Virus record (IMG/VR): IMGVR_UViG_3300046516_001816
Coordinates: 124,001-188,000 of that record
Length of the DNA: 64,000 bases
Reading direction: 5' to 3' (one strand)
Shown here: piece by piece, positions 54,380 to 63,564 of the stretch
Position numbering within the stretch: the first letter of the stretch is position 1
Layout: each line of letters starts with the position of its first letter
Position numbers and translations under genes: made by a program
Notes under the pieces: generated by a model
Told to the model about the DNA's origin: nothing
The model's database searches: none
What the model saw: the letters and a program-made list of their open reading frames with translations, nothing else

Positions 54380-55501
54380 ATGAGCGCCACTCCGCAGTTT
54401 ATCGTCGGTGCTGAAGGTCTGGATCTCTATGCAGCCGGCGTCCTGGGGAATAAGTTCCCTTGGTTCCAGACCAATGCGACCTACCAAGGTCAAGTAGTAG
54501 CAGGCGCGGGCGTGTTCGGCGGCAATGGCCTCTCGTTCGCTGTAGCGGCAGCCAATCAGTCGGGCATGGAGTACCAGTTCCCCTCCACCATGCAGGTGAT
54601 GAAAAATCAGGTGGCAGCAGGGGGCAAAGGTGCATTTGGAGTGTGTGGGTGGGTTAAAATCGGCACCCCGGTGGCAACAGGGACCGATATTCTGTTAGCA
54701 CTGGGGTCGTCGGCTAATCCGGCGGCAGCCTTGCCTTTGCTGGGGCTGAACAACGCCACCGCGAGTGGGTTGAGTTTGGTGCTGCCGTCGACCACGGCCA
54801 ATCTGGTGTCGGCACCGCACTTGCTTGCCATTAACCCGAATAGCGCGTTGTGGGTCGGGGTGTATTTTTCGTACACGCCGAACGCGAATGGGACACTGAC
54901 CGGCACACTGTGTCTGTCGGGCTCAGGCATCTACCAGGATGTGCCGATTACCTTTAGTACCGATATCTTTACCGCGGGGCAGTTGTGTAACCGTCTGCGC
55001 TTTTACTCCGGGGTGGTGGCACCCTGGACGCTGGATGACATGATCATTCATGCGGTCTCGAATGCAGACACGCTCTGGCCCGCGCCGACGACGCTGAACC
55101 CGGAAGTGATTCCGCAGTATCTGCCGCGTCAAATCTCGCTGGCCACTGCCACGGGTCCGGGCAGTAAGGCGGACATGACGCCCTCGGGCAGCGAACCAAA
55201 CTGGCAATCGGCGACCGATCAAACGGGCGCGAATTCCGTGATTGCCACCGCCATTAACCAGACGGACACGTATAAGTGGAGTACGACGGCCACGGATATC
55301 AAAGCCGTGGTCTACCGAGGTCAGAGTGAGAAGTACAGTCAGTTGAGCGCTGTGCAGTTGGTGGGCGCGACCCAGAGCACGATGGGCTTGACCGAAGCGG
55401 GGCCGAATGATTTCATTGGCATTTCCGAAAACGACGGCGCGGCGCAGTGGACGGCGACCTCAGTGGCAGCGGCTGAGTTCGGTCAGACCTCGCATAACTA
55501 A
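54380..55501 (+). CDS. Lectin-like virion head protein, short type (paralog of 31442)
   Basis: SD AAGGA; GAEGLDLY N-terminus; WTLDDMII; C-terminal GAAQWTATSV. Confidence 0.7.
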   Translation: MSATPQFIVGAEGLDLYAAGVLGNKFPWFQTNATYQGQVVAGAGVFGGNGLSFAVAAANQSGMEYQFPSTMQVMKNQVAAGGKGAFGVCGWVKIGTPVATGTDILLALGSSANPAAALPLLGLNNATASGLSLVLPSTTANLVSAPHLLAINPNSALWVGVYFSYTPNANGTLTGTLCLSGSGIYQDVPITFSTDIFTAGQLCNRLRFYSGVVAPWTLDDMIIHAVSNADTLWPAPTTLNPEVIPQYLPRQISLATATGPGSKADMTPSGSEPNWQSATDQTGANSVIATAINQTDTYKWSTTATDIKAVVYRGQSEKYSQLSAVQLVGATQSTMGLTEAGPNDFIGISENDGAAQWTATSVAAAEFGQTSHN

Positions 55502-55509
55502 GGATTATC

Positions 55510-57795
55510 ATGACCGCTTTATTGATGGAAGGGTTTGAGAGCGTCATTGACACGCCGGACCTGACGAACCGCGGATGGAAGATGTCCAGCATGGCGTCGT
55601 CGAATGGCGCCAATACCATGACCTTGCCTTCGCGCACGGGCATGCCGGGTAGAGGATTGTTTTTGCGGGGCCCGTACAACTCTAATACGACCAACCTGCC
55701 GTTTGCCAATGCGGTGGATTTCGGGATGCTCGATACCGGTGCGTCCATTTATAGTCTCTGGCAGTCAGGCGGATTTTGTTTGGGCGTGAATGCCGTGTTT
55801 AACAAGGCGAACATGGTCCAGATCGCGAACTACATGACGCGTCAGATCGTGTACGATGGAGCGCAGTACTACTGGGCCCTGGGTCAGGACAATAGCAATG
55901 TGTGGCGGGTGTACTACTCCACGGACTTGCAGAACTGGACACAGACAACCATCACGCCCGGCAGCGCTGCCTTGGGTTCATCGATTACGGTGATCGGCAG
56001 CGGACCGAGCGCCACCGTGATTGTCGGAGGGTTTCTCATCAGCACCACGGCTGCGTTTTACTACTCGACCAATATGGGACTGGCCTGGACGGCGAGTAAC
56101 GCCACCGGGATCTCGGGCTCCAAGACAGTGATCGCCACGGGCAACGTCAACACTCCCATTATGTTCGGGGCCCAGCCCAGTAGTGGCGCGAACGGCGTTT
56201 TCTATCTGAGCAGTGTGTCAGGCGCGCCGGTGCAGGTGGCAGGCTTGGCGCTCACGGCCTCGAGCACGTATAACTCGGGTAACTCCAAGTTGGTGAATGG
56301 GATAGCGTGCTTTATCGCCTCCTCGGGTACAACGTCCCCGGCCGCCTTGACGACTAATGCGTCTATCGTGGCATGCTGTCCGGTGTCCAAAGACATGACG
56401 ATAGCGGCCAACTATACGTTGACGCCTTCGCTGGCGCATCAGTTGGCCGATATCACGTTCCTCAATAACACGTGGATCGCTGTAGGGCATGGCGGGATTT
56501 ATACGTCCCCCAATAGTGGTACGGTGGGTGCGCCGGCGGGCCCGACTGCTGCGTGGTCGACGGCACTGGCGGTGACACAAAACGGCGGCGTGTATTCGAT
56601 CGATACGAACGGTACGGTGGCCGTGGCCGTGGGTAATGATAACGTGAGCTCGGTAATTCCGGCCATCTATACGTCGACCGATGGCGTGAGTTGGGCGAAA
56701 CAGAATCGTCTTACCTTCACCACCGCCAACAACGTCGCGAACACGCAGCCGTTTACCAACGTCTTCTGGGACGGTCATCAGTTTGTGCTGACGGGTGGTG
56801 TGAGTAATAGCGTGGTGGCGACTTCACCGGATGGTTTTCAGTGGACGCCGCAGTACGTGCCCGACTACACGGAGTCGTCGGGGGGGTCCGTGGCCTCGAT
56901 GCTGGGTGTGTATTCCGGTGTGATGAACGCCGGCGCGTGGGTCGGTGCAAGTCAGGCCGCGGGCGGTTTTGCTCCGTGGACGACGGGGGCGGCCGCCCAA
57001 TGTGGGGTGGGACTGTTAGCCGGTCCAGTCAGTAATGGCGCCCGCAACGTGAGTGCCTGGTTGGTACCTGGCGGGACGACGACGAGCGCGATCGTAGCCA
57101 TTTCCTCGATGAGTGCCGCGGTACCGACCAACCCGTTGTCGCACTACTACGAGCTGATTGCCACGGCCACCGCGAGTGTGAACACCTTTACGTTCCAGCT
57201 CGCCATTGATGGCGTCGTGCAACCGGCACTCAGTCCGCCCGTTCAGTTTGCGGCCACGGGCGACACCACCGGTGCGTCGCATCTGATTTTCAACCTTCCG
57301 CGCTCAGGCAACTGGGTGATGGTGGATGACCTTTATTTGACGAACTTCTCAGGCTCAAATAACGTGGGTCAACTGGGTGTCACCAGTGTGTTGCCGTGGG
57401 TGCCCTCCAGTGATGTACAGGCGCAGTATAACCGAACGGCGGGATCGTCTAACGCCTCGCAAGTCGTGGGTCCGCTCTCCAATGCTCAGACGAGCGTTAA
57501 TGCTCAAGCGGTGGGGGCGAAGGATATCTACGGCATGACCACTAGCGTGCCAGTCGGCTATCGCGTGCGCGCCATGCAGGCAGAAGCCTACTTTTCGAAG
57601 TTTGGTGCCACGGGGGCAGCCGCAACGGTCGGCATTGTCAGTAACGGCGCGGAAAGCGATTCGGCGCAAGCGAACGCGGCGACTAGCACGCCCGTGTATG
57701 CCTCGGTCCTGTGCGACACCGATCCGAAGACGGGTGCTGCCTGGACGGTAGCGGCTGCACAGGCGGCGGAGATTGCGATCGTCAAAGCAACTTAA
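55510..57795 (+). CDS. Lectin-like virion head protein with inserted beta-propeller (long type 1)
   Basis: MEGFE N-terminus; YSTDL..WT, STNMG..W, STDG..W, SPDG..W (BNR/Asp-box-like) repeats; DPKTGAAWT C-terminus. Confidence 0.8.
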   Translation: MTALLMEGFESVIDTPDLTNRGWKMSSMASSNGANTMTLPSRTGMPGRGLFLRGPYNSNTTNLPFANAVDFGMLDTGASIYSLWQSGGFCLGVNAVFNKANMVQIANYMTRQIVYDGAQYYWALGQDNSNVWRVYYSTDLQNWTQTTITPGSAALGSSITVIGSGPSATVIVGGFLISTTAAFYYSTNMGLAWTASNATGISGSKTVIATGNVNTPIMFGAQPSSGANGVFYLSSVSGAPVQVAGLALTASSTYNSGNSKLVNGIACFIASSGTTSPAALTTNASIVACCPVSKDMTIAANYTLTPSLAHQLADITFLNNTWIAVGHGGIYTSPNSGTVGAPAGPTAAWSTALAVTQNGGVYSIDTNGTVAVAVGNDNVSSVIPAIYTSTDGVSWAKQNRLTFTTANNVANTQPFTNVFWDGHQFVLTGGVSNSVVATSPDGFQWTPQYVPDYTESSGGSVASMLGVYSGVMNAGAWVGASQAAGGFAPWTTGAAAQCGVGLLAGPVSNGARNVSAWLVPGGTTTSAIVAISSMSAAVPTNPLSHYYELIATATASVNTFTFQLAIDGVVQPALSPPVQFAATGDTTGASHLIFNLPRSGNWVMVDDLYLTNFSGSNNVGQLGVTSVLPWVPSSDVQAQYNRTAGSSNASQVVGPLSNAQTSVNAQAVGAKDIYGMTTSVPVGYRVRAMQAEAYFSKFGATGAAATVGIVSNGAESDSAQANAATSTPVYASVLCDTDPKTGAAWTVAAAQAAEIAIVKAT

Positions 57796-57809
57796 GTGAG
57801 TAAAAGATC

Positions 57810-60071
57810 ATGACCTGTGTGTTAACAGAAGGATTTGAGTCCGTCCTCGATGATACGGATGTGGTGCGTCGCGGCTGGGTGCGCCCGAGCGCTGTCACCT
57901 TGAGTGGAGCTGGGACACTGGGGATGCCTGCACGGACGGGACAACCAGGTCGTGGTCTACTCTTGCGCGGACCGTATTATAGTGCCGGTGGCTTACCTAA
58001 TGCCACTAGCGCGATAGCGGACTTCGGGATGCTCAATACGGGCAAGAGTATCTACAGCCTCTGGCAGGCCGGTGGGTTTGTAGCGGGTTTTAGTGCAGCA
58101 TTCAATAGCTATCCGCACACGACTCAGCTGCAAGTAGCCGCACCCGATACCCAGCAGATCGTCTATGACGGCGCCCAGTATTACTGGGCCATTGGGCAGA
58201 TCTATTCGAGTTCGACCAACGTCGTGATGTATTCGACCGATCTGGTGAACTGGACCCCGTGTGGGGCCCAGCCGACCCTGCTTCAGAACGCAGTGATCCA
58301 AGTGATCGGTAGCGGACCCAACGCCACGATCATTCTCGGTAATAAGAGCGGCGTGTCGCCGATGGTGCCTTCCTACAGCACCAATATGGGATCGAGTTGG
58401 AGCACGATGGCTATCGGTGCCTCGGATAATATCAAGAAGATTCTGCCGGCTGCCGGCCCGTCTTCCGCGCCGTATATTGCCGTTGGCTACTATCCGGGTA
58501 ACGGATTTCGATTGTGGAGTTATGCGTCGCTTTCGGCTACCCCGACTTTGATCACAGGAGCGAACGTGACGGGGACCGTGACGTATGGTACCGCATGGGC
58601 ACGGGTGAGTAATGGCTTCTATGTGGTCTGCGGGATGTCGATGGCAGCGTCCGGCACTGCGCCAGCGGCGGGGTCCTCGTTCGTGTGGTATTGCCCGACC
58701 AGTGTGGACCCAACGGTCGGCAGTAACTGGGTAGCGCTGACAAGCGCCAGCACGAACTATTTCAATGACGGTATCTACTTCAACAATCGTTTTGTGATGG
58801 TGGGGTATAACGGCATCTATTGGAATGGGGCGGCGAGCAATAACACCTGGATCAATGCGCTCACAACAGGTACTGCTTCGGTGTACTCGATTGCCTCCAA
58901 TGGTTCCATGCTGGTCGCAGTCGGCCAGGATCCGGTGAACACCACGTTGCCGGCGATTTGGACCTCCCCAGACGGGATGACCTGGACCAAGCAGAACAAG
59001 CTGATTCTGTCCAACGCCGGAGGCAATGGCAACAATACGATGTTTTCGAATATCTATTGGGATGGGGCGCGCTGGGTGTTGACCGGCGGCGTGAATTGCA
59101 ATGTGATCGCCACCTCGACGGACGCCGTTACCTGGACGCCGCTCTATTACCCGGATTATCCGGAAACGGGCGTTACGGCGGGCTCCATGCTGGGTGTGTT
59201 TTCAGGAACCCTCAACGCCGCTAACAATATATTTACGCCGTGGTCAGCGACCACAGGAGTGGTGGGGCTCGGGGTAAACGCGACCCCGGTCTCCAGTCTG
59301 AATCGGGCGCTCAATGGTGCGACCGTGACCGGGGCAAACACGATTAGCAATATTGCGCCGGCGACGACGGTCTTTACGACCAATGTGGTCGGCCCGCAAC
59401 CCGTGGGTCAGCTCACGCACTACTACGAGCTCATTGCGACGGCGACGGCTTCTCAGAATACTTTCACCGTTCAGTGGGCGCTTGATGGGGTGATCCAACC
59501 GGGCGTGATTGGGACGATTCTCTTTGCCGGCGCAGCCGACACCGGCTCAGCGCAGCTCTGTCTGAATCTGCCGCGCAGCGGGGCGTTTGTCATGATTGAT
59601 GACATTTATGTCAACACCATGAATGGCTCGAGCAATGTCGGGCAGCTCGGACCGGTCAGTGTGTTCCCTTGGACGCCAACGTCGGACACGCAGGCGCAGA
59701 TGACCGCGTCGCTTGCGGGCTCCCACGCTGCACAAATTGCAGGTCCGCTGTCCACCAACACGGGTTCGCTCTCGACGTATGTGCAAGGCACGAAAGACAT
59801 CTATGCCACGAGAGAGTCCATCCCAGCGGGCTTTACGATTAAGGCTGTTTCAGCAGAGGCGATCTTCACCAAGAACGGCACGATTGGGGGCGCGGGTAAC
59901 GTCGGGATCACCAGCAACGGGCACGAAGTCGATTCGACCGCGGTGTCCGCGCCGGTGGCCAATACGTATTACTTCGCCTCGGTGCTCTTGGAGACGGATC
60001 CCAACACGGGCCTGGCGTGGACCAAGACAGCGCTGGATCTCGCGGGTATTACCGTGAGCAAAACGAATTAA
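57810..60071 (+). CDS. Lectin-like virion head protein with inserted beta-propeller (long type 2)
   Basis: TEGFE; same motif order as 55510; DPNTGLAWT. Confidence 0.8.
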   Translation: MTCVLTEGFESVLDDTDVVRRGWVRPSAVTLSGAGTLGMPARTGQPGRGLLLRGPYYSAGGLPNATSAIADFGMLNTGKSIYSLWQAGGFVAGFSAAFNSYPHTTQLQVAAPDTQQIVYDGAQYYWAIGQIYSSSTNVVMYSTDLVNWTPCGAQPTLLQNAVIQVIGSGPNATIILGNKSGVSPMVPSYSTNMGSSWSTMAIGASDNIKKILPAAGPSSAPYIAVGYYPGNGFRLWSYASLSATPTLITGANVTGTVTYGTAWARVSNGFYVVCGMSMAASGTAPAAGSSFVWYCPTSVDPTVGSNWVALTSASTNYFNDGIYFNNRFVMVGYNGIYWNGAASNNTWINALTTGTASVYSIASNGSMLVAVGQDPVNTTLPAIWTSPDGMTWTKQNKLILSNAGGNGNNTMFSNIYWDGARWVLTGGVNCNVIATSTDAVTWTPLYYPDYPETGVTAGSMLGVFSGTLNAANNIFTPWSATTGVVGLGVNATPVSSLNRALNGATVTGANTISNIAPATTVFTTNVVGPQPVGQLTHYYELIATATASQNTFTVQWALDGVIQPGVIGTILFAGAADTGSAQLCLNLPRSGAFVMIDDIYVNTMNGSSNVGQLGPVSVFPWTPTSDTQAQMTASLAGSHAAQIAGPLSTNTGSLSTYVQGTKDIYATRESIPAGFTIKAVSAEAIFTKNGTIGGAGNVGITSNGHEVDSTAVSAPVANTYYFASVLLETDPNTGLAWTKTALDLAGITVSKTN

Positions 60072-60080
60072 GGAAGCGTC

Positions 60081-62366
60081 ATGACTTTACAGTACATGGA
60101 AGGGTTTGAGACGGTCGTCGATTATTCCGACTGGACCAAGCGAGGCTGGTTCAATAGTGTTAACCCCAGCATTGCGGGTAACTCCGTGGCGGGGCTGCCT
60201 TCGCGTACCGGCACCGTAGGGCGGGGTCTGATGCTCAAGGGTCCGTATGCGGGCAACGCCAGCTTGCCGCTCGCGGTGGCGAGTACGTCTGACTTTGGCA
60301 TGTATCCGCTGGGTAAGAGTATCAATAGCCTCTGGCAAGCCGGGGGTTTTGTGCTCGGGGTCAATGCGACCTTTAACAAAGTCAACAAACAGGAAATCGC
60401 GGCGTGGTGTCCGAATCAGATCTGTTACGACGGCGCCCAGTATTATTGGGCGGTTTGTGTCAATAACGCGGGCGCGGTTCAGGTCTGTTACTCGACGGAC
60501 CTGATGACCTGGACGCCTACCGTTACACAGCCAGCGGGACTGGGGCTCCTTTCGACGATTGCCGTCTCGGGCAGCGGCGCCACCGCCACCGTGGTGGTGG
60601 GTCACTACCAGTCGCAGCAGAATTCTTTTCCGGTCTTTACCACCAATATGGGATTGAACTGGAGCAACGGTACCACGCTGGCCGGCGCCACGATTCTGCG
60701 CATTTTCCCGTCAGGCAATCCGACCACTCCGTGGGCTTACGTCGCTCAGGTTGGCACCGCGGTAGAATGCGGGGTGTTCTCGGGCGGGTTAACAGGTACC
60801 GCTAACACGTTGTCGACGACAACCTTTAGCAATTACGGCCAGGCAGGCTATCCGTATGCGATTGGTAACGGTAAGCTCGTCAATGGCGTGGTGTGTATGC
60901 TGGGGACCCTGACGGGCAATGCCGTGCCTAGCACGCTGGGTTCAACGGGTCAATATTTCTGGACGTGTAACAACACGCTCGATATGACCGTGGCGGCTAA
61001 CTGGAAACAGAGCGCCAATACGATATTAGGATACTTTCAGGACATTACGTTCTTTAACAACAGGTGGTATGCCGTGGCCGGCGGGGGTATTCTGAGCGCG
61101 CCTCAAACTGGCACGGCGCAAGTACCTCAAGGGCCGACGGCTGCCTGGGCGGCGGTTGTCAACTTTGGCAATAACGGGTATTGGCTTAACTCCATCGACA
61201 CGAACGGTTCGATCATGGTGGCGGTGGGGTCCGATAACGTTAATGTCAACTACGGCGCGATCTGGACTTCCACAGACGGCGTGAGCTGGACCAAGGCAAA
61301 TCGTTTCCCGGGTGGGGTGGGCGGTATTCAGGCTGGCGGCGTGGGCGGGTTCACGAATGTTTTCTGGGATGGTCGACAGTTTGTATTAACCGGGGGTCCG
61401 AATCAGAATCTGATCGCCGTGTCGCCGGACGGTCTGAACTGGAATCCGCTTTACTATCCGGATTACGCCGAAAGTGTCGTCCCTACTTGTGCGTCCATCT
61501 TTGGACTGTATTCCGGTACGGTCAATGGTTCGGGCTTGTATGTACCCTGGTCCGTCGCCAGTGGTACGTTTTGCGCCGTCGGCATAAACGCATCGGCGCA
61601 ATCCAACGGCACGCGCACGGTCACCAACTACCTGGTGACGGCCTATAGTACACCAACTGCCACGGCGACAGCGTCGGCCGCGGTCTCTACAGCGCAGCTC
61701 TCGCACTACTACGAGCTGATTGCCACCGCAGGCGCCACGGCGAATTCGTTTACGTTCCAGCTGGCGATTGACGGCGTGATTGTCCCCAACACGAGTGCAG
61801 CGTGGTCATTCGCTCCGTCGGCCGACACCGGTACGCAGATGGCGTATTTGAACTTGCCACGCAATGGTAACTTCGTGATGCTGGACGACATTTACCTCAC
61901 GGACTTTGTGGCGGATCCGTTGGGTAACACTGGTCAACTGGGGATTGTCAATATCATCGGCGGGCAACCGAGCTCGGATGCAGCCGTGCAGTTCACTCAG
62001 CAGGGCACGGCGGCGTCTCATGCTGCCCAGCTGGCGGGGGCGTTGTCCAATTCGGAAGGCGGGGCGTACACCTACACGGTGGGCGCGAAAGATACCTACA
62101 ACGCCACGATACCGATCCCGGCGAACTACAAGATCCAAGCAGTCCAGGTCGAGGCGTATTTCACGCGCTACGGCAACTCGGGTGCCAATGCATCGGTGGG
62201 GATTCTGAGCGGTACGCACGAAGTGGATTCGCCGGCTGTATCGGCGATGAGTGCGACGGTCCCGTCGTATGCGAGCTTGATGCAAAACGTGGATCCGAAT
62301 ACCGGCGCCCAGTGGACGATTGCGGGCCTTCAGGCAGCGAAGCTGACGATCAATAAGCTGACCTAA
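60081..62366 (+). CDS. Lectin-like virion head protein with inserted beta-propeller (long type 3)
   Basis: MEGFE; same motif order; DPNTGAQWT. Confidence 0.8.
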   Translation: MTLQYMEGFETVVDYSDWTKRGWFNSVNPSIAGNSVAGLPSRTGTVGRGLMLKGPYAGNASLPLAVASTSDFGMYPLGKSINSLWQAGGFVLGVNATFNKVNKQEIAAWCPNQICYDGAQYYWAVCVNNAGAVQVCYSTDLMTWTPTVTQPAGLGLLSTIAVSGSGATATVVVGHYQSQQNSFPVFTTNMGLNWSNGTTLAGATILRIFPSGNPTTPWAYVAQVGTAVECGVFSGGLTGTANTLSTTTFSNYGQAGYPYAIGNGKLVNGVVCMLGTLTGNAVPSTLGSTGQYFWTCNNTLDMTVAANWKQSANTILGYFQDITFFNNRWYAVAGGGILSAPQTGTAQVPQGPTAAWAAVVNFGNNGYWLNSIDTNGSIMVAVGSDNVNVNYGAIWTSTDGVSWTKANRFPGGVGGIQAGGVGGFTNVFWDGRQFVLTGGPNQNLIAVSPDGLNWNPLYYPDYAESVVPTCASIFGLYSGTVNGSGLYVPWSVASGTFCAVGINASAQSNGTRTVTNYLVTAYSTPTATATASAAVSTAQLSHYYELIATAGATANSFTFQLAIDGVIVPNTSAAWSFAPSADTGTQMAYLNLPRNGNFVMLDDIYLTDFVADPLGNTGQLGIVNIIGGQPSSDAAVQFTQQGTAASHAAQLAGALSNSEGGAYTYTVGAKDTYNATIPIPANYKIQAVQVEAYFTRYGNSGANASVGILSGTHEVDSPAVSAMSATVPSYASLMQNVDPNTGAQWTIAGLQAAKLTINKLT

Positions 62367-62376
62367 GGAGGCGGGT

Positions 62377-62991
62377 ATGACCACAGGTGTATACGCCCAA
62401 GGGGTCAATGGCCAGTATCTTGCCCAGCAGATCACCTCCGTGCGCATTGGCGGGGTGAATGGACAAGTGCTGGCGCAGTTTTCCCCGAAGTCGGTAAAGA
62501 CGCGTGCGACTAACGGTCAGATGTTGGTGTCAGCCCCCAGTGCCATTAATGTCCAGGCAGTCAATGGTCAGGTACTGGCGTATCGGTCAGGCGTGAAAGC
62601 ATCAGGCGCCGGCATACAGGTGATGACCAAAGCCAAAGGTGCGGTGATTTCACAAGGCGTCGGCGTCCAGGTACTGCTGAAGCAGCCGGGGGGTGTGGAA
62701 GTCATTCGTGCTAACATGCAGGTGTTGGTGCGTTCACGCTCTGCAATGCAAGCCCAGGCTGTGGGCGGGCAGATGCTGGTGAGTAAGCTGCTGGATGTGC
62801 GTACGACCCAAGTCATGATGGAAGTGATTGGGGAAGTGCCGCCATACTTACCGGTCACTGGGGTGAACCTGGAAGTCATCGGGGCAGGGTTCCCGGCGGC
62901 TCCCCTGAAGCAAGTGACGCTCGAAGTGATTGGCGCCACGACCCTTCCGTACCAGAGCCCTGGACAGACGGTCACGTGGTGGAGCAGCTAA
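62377..62991 (+). CDS. Protein of 11 tandem ~17-aa beta-strand repeats (cassette B scaffold candidate)
   Basis: SD AAGGAGG; repeats such as GVNGQYLA, GVNGQVLA, AVNGQVLA, GVGVQVLL, QVMMEVIG, GVNLEVIG, QVTLEVIG. Confidence 0.8.
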   Translation: MTTGVYAQGVNGQYLAQQITSVRIGGVNGQVLAQFSPKSVKTRATNGQMLVSAPSAINVQAVNGQVLAYRSGVKASGAGIQVMTKAKGAVISQGVGVQVLLKQPGGVEVIRANMQVLVRSRSAMQAQAVGGQMLVSKLLDVRTTQVMMEVIGEVPPYLPVTGVNLEVIGAGFPAAPLKQVTLEVIGATTLPYQSPGQTVTWWSS

Positions 62992-63099
62992 GCAAAATTT
63001 ACTGTCCACCGGTATCCTCTGGAGAAGGGATCGGGGAAGTTTGAGCCCTCGAGCATCGCTGGTTGCTTCTCTGTTTCTTTCATGAGAAACGTCATTAGA

Positions 63100-63131
63100 C
63101 CCACGCCCTTTGCCGGGTGTGGGCCTTTTTT
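63100..63131 (+). terminator. Intrinsic terminator
   Basis: CCCACGCCC / GGGTGTGGG stem, then CCTTTTTT. Confidence 0.65.
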
Positions 63132-63160
63132 CCCTCAATTGCCTTTTCAGGACTATTTTG

Positions 63161-63550
63161 ATGAGTTATCATCCCGGCGCGATTTTGATGGACCTGCATC
63201 CCGCGATTCGTAAACTGCAAGACCGGGTGCTCATTGAAATGGAAGTTGCGTGTTCAGACGACGGTGCGGCGTATTTTACCGACCAGTTAATCGAAGACGT
63301 AGTGTCCTGTATCGATCAAGAAAATATGGCGATGAGTTGTTTGTATGACTACGCCGATCGCCAGAAGCAATCCCTGCTCGATTGTGGTCGAGACGCAGAA
63401 GCCCAGCGCATGGCCAGCGAGATTGTGGACTTTGGTCGTGACCTGATTAATAACTTCAAGGAGCATCGCGTCTACGAGAACGGACAGCTGAACTACGTCT
63501 TCTCGGGACGCTGTGCGAGTAAGACCTTGATCTTATCGCGGTACTGTTAA
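63161..63550 (+). CDS. Hypothetical protein (jumbo-phage type)
   Basis: AGGA before ATG 63161; acidic helical protein. Confidence 0.65.
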   Translation: MSYHPGAILMDLHPAIRKLQDRVLIEMEVACSDDGAAYFTDQLIEDVVSCIDQENMAMSCLYDYADRQKQSLLDCGRDAEAQRMASEIVDFGRDLINNFKEHRVYENGQLNYVFSGRCASKTLILSRYC

Positions 63551-63564
63551 ATTAAGAAAAACCA

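Noticed and set aside
45632-62991. Diversity-generating retroelement or invertible shufflon acting on fibre tips
   Set aside because: No reverse transcriptase, no template/variable repeat pair differing at adenines, no invertase, and all tip genes are co-oriented with their own ribosome-binding sites. A trans-acting enzyme outside the window cannot be excluded.
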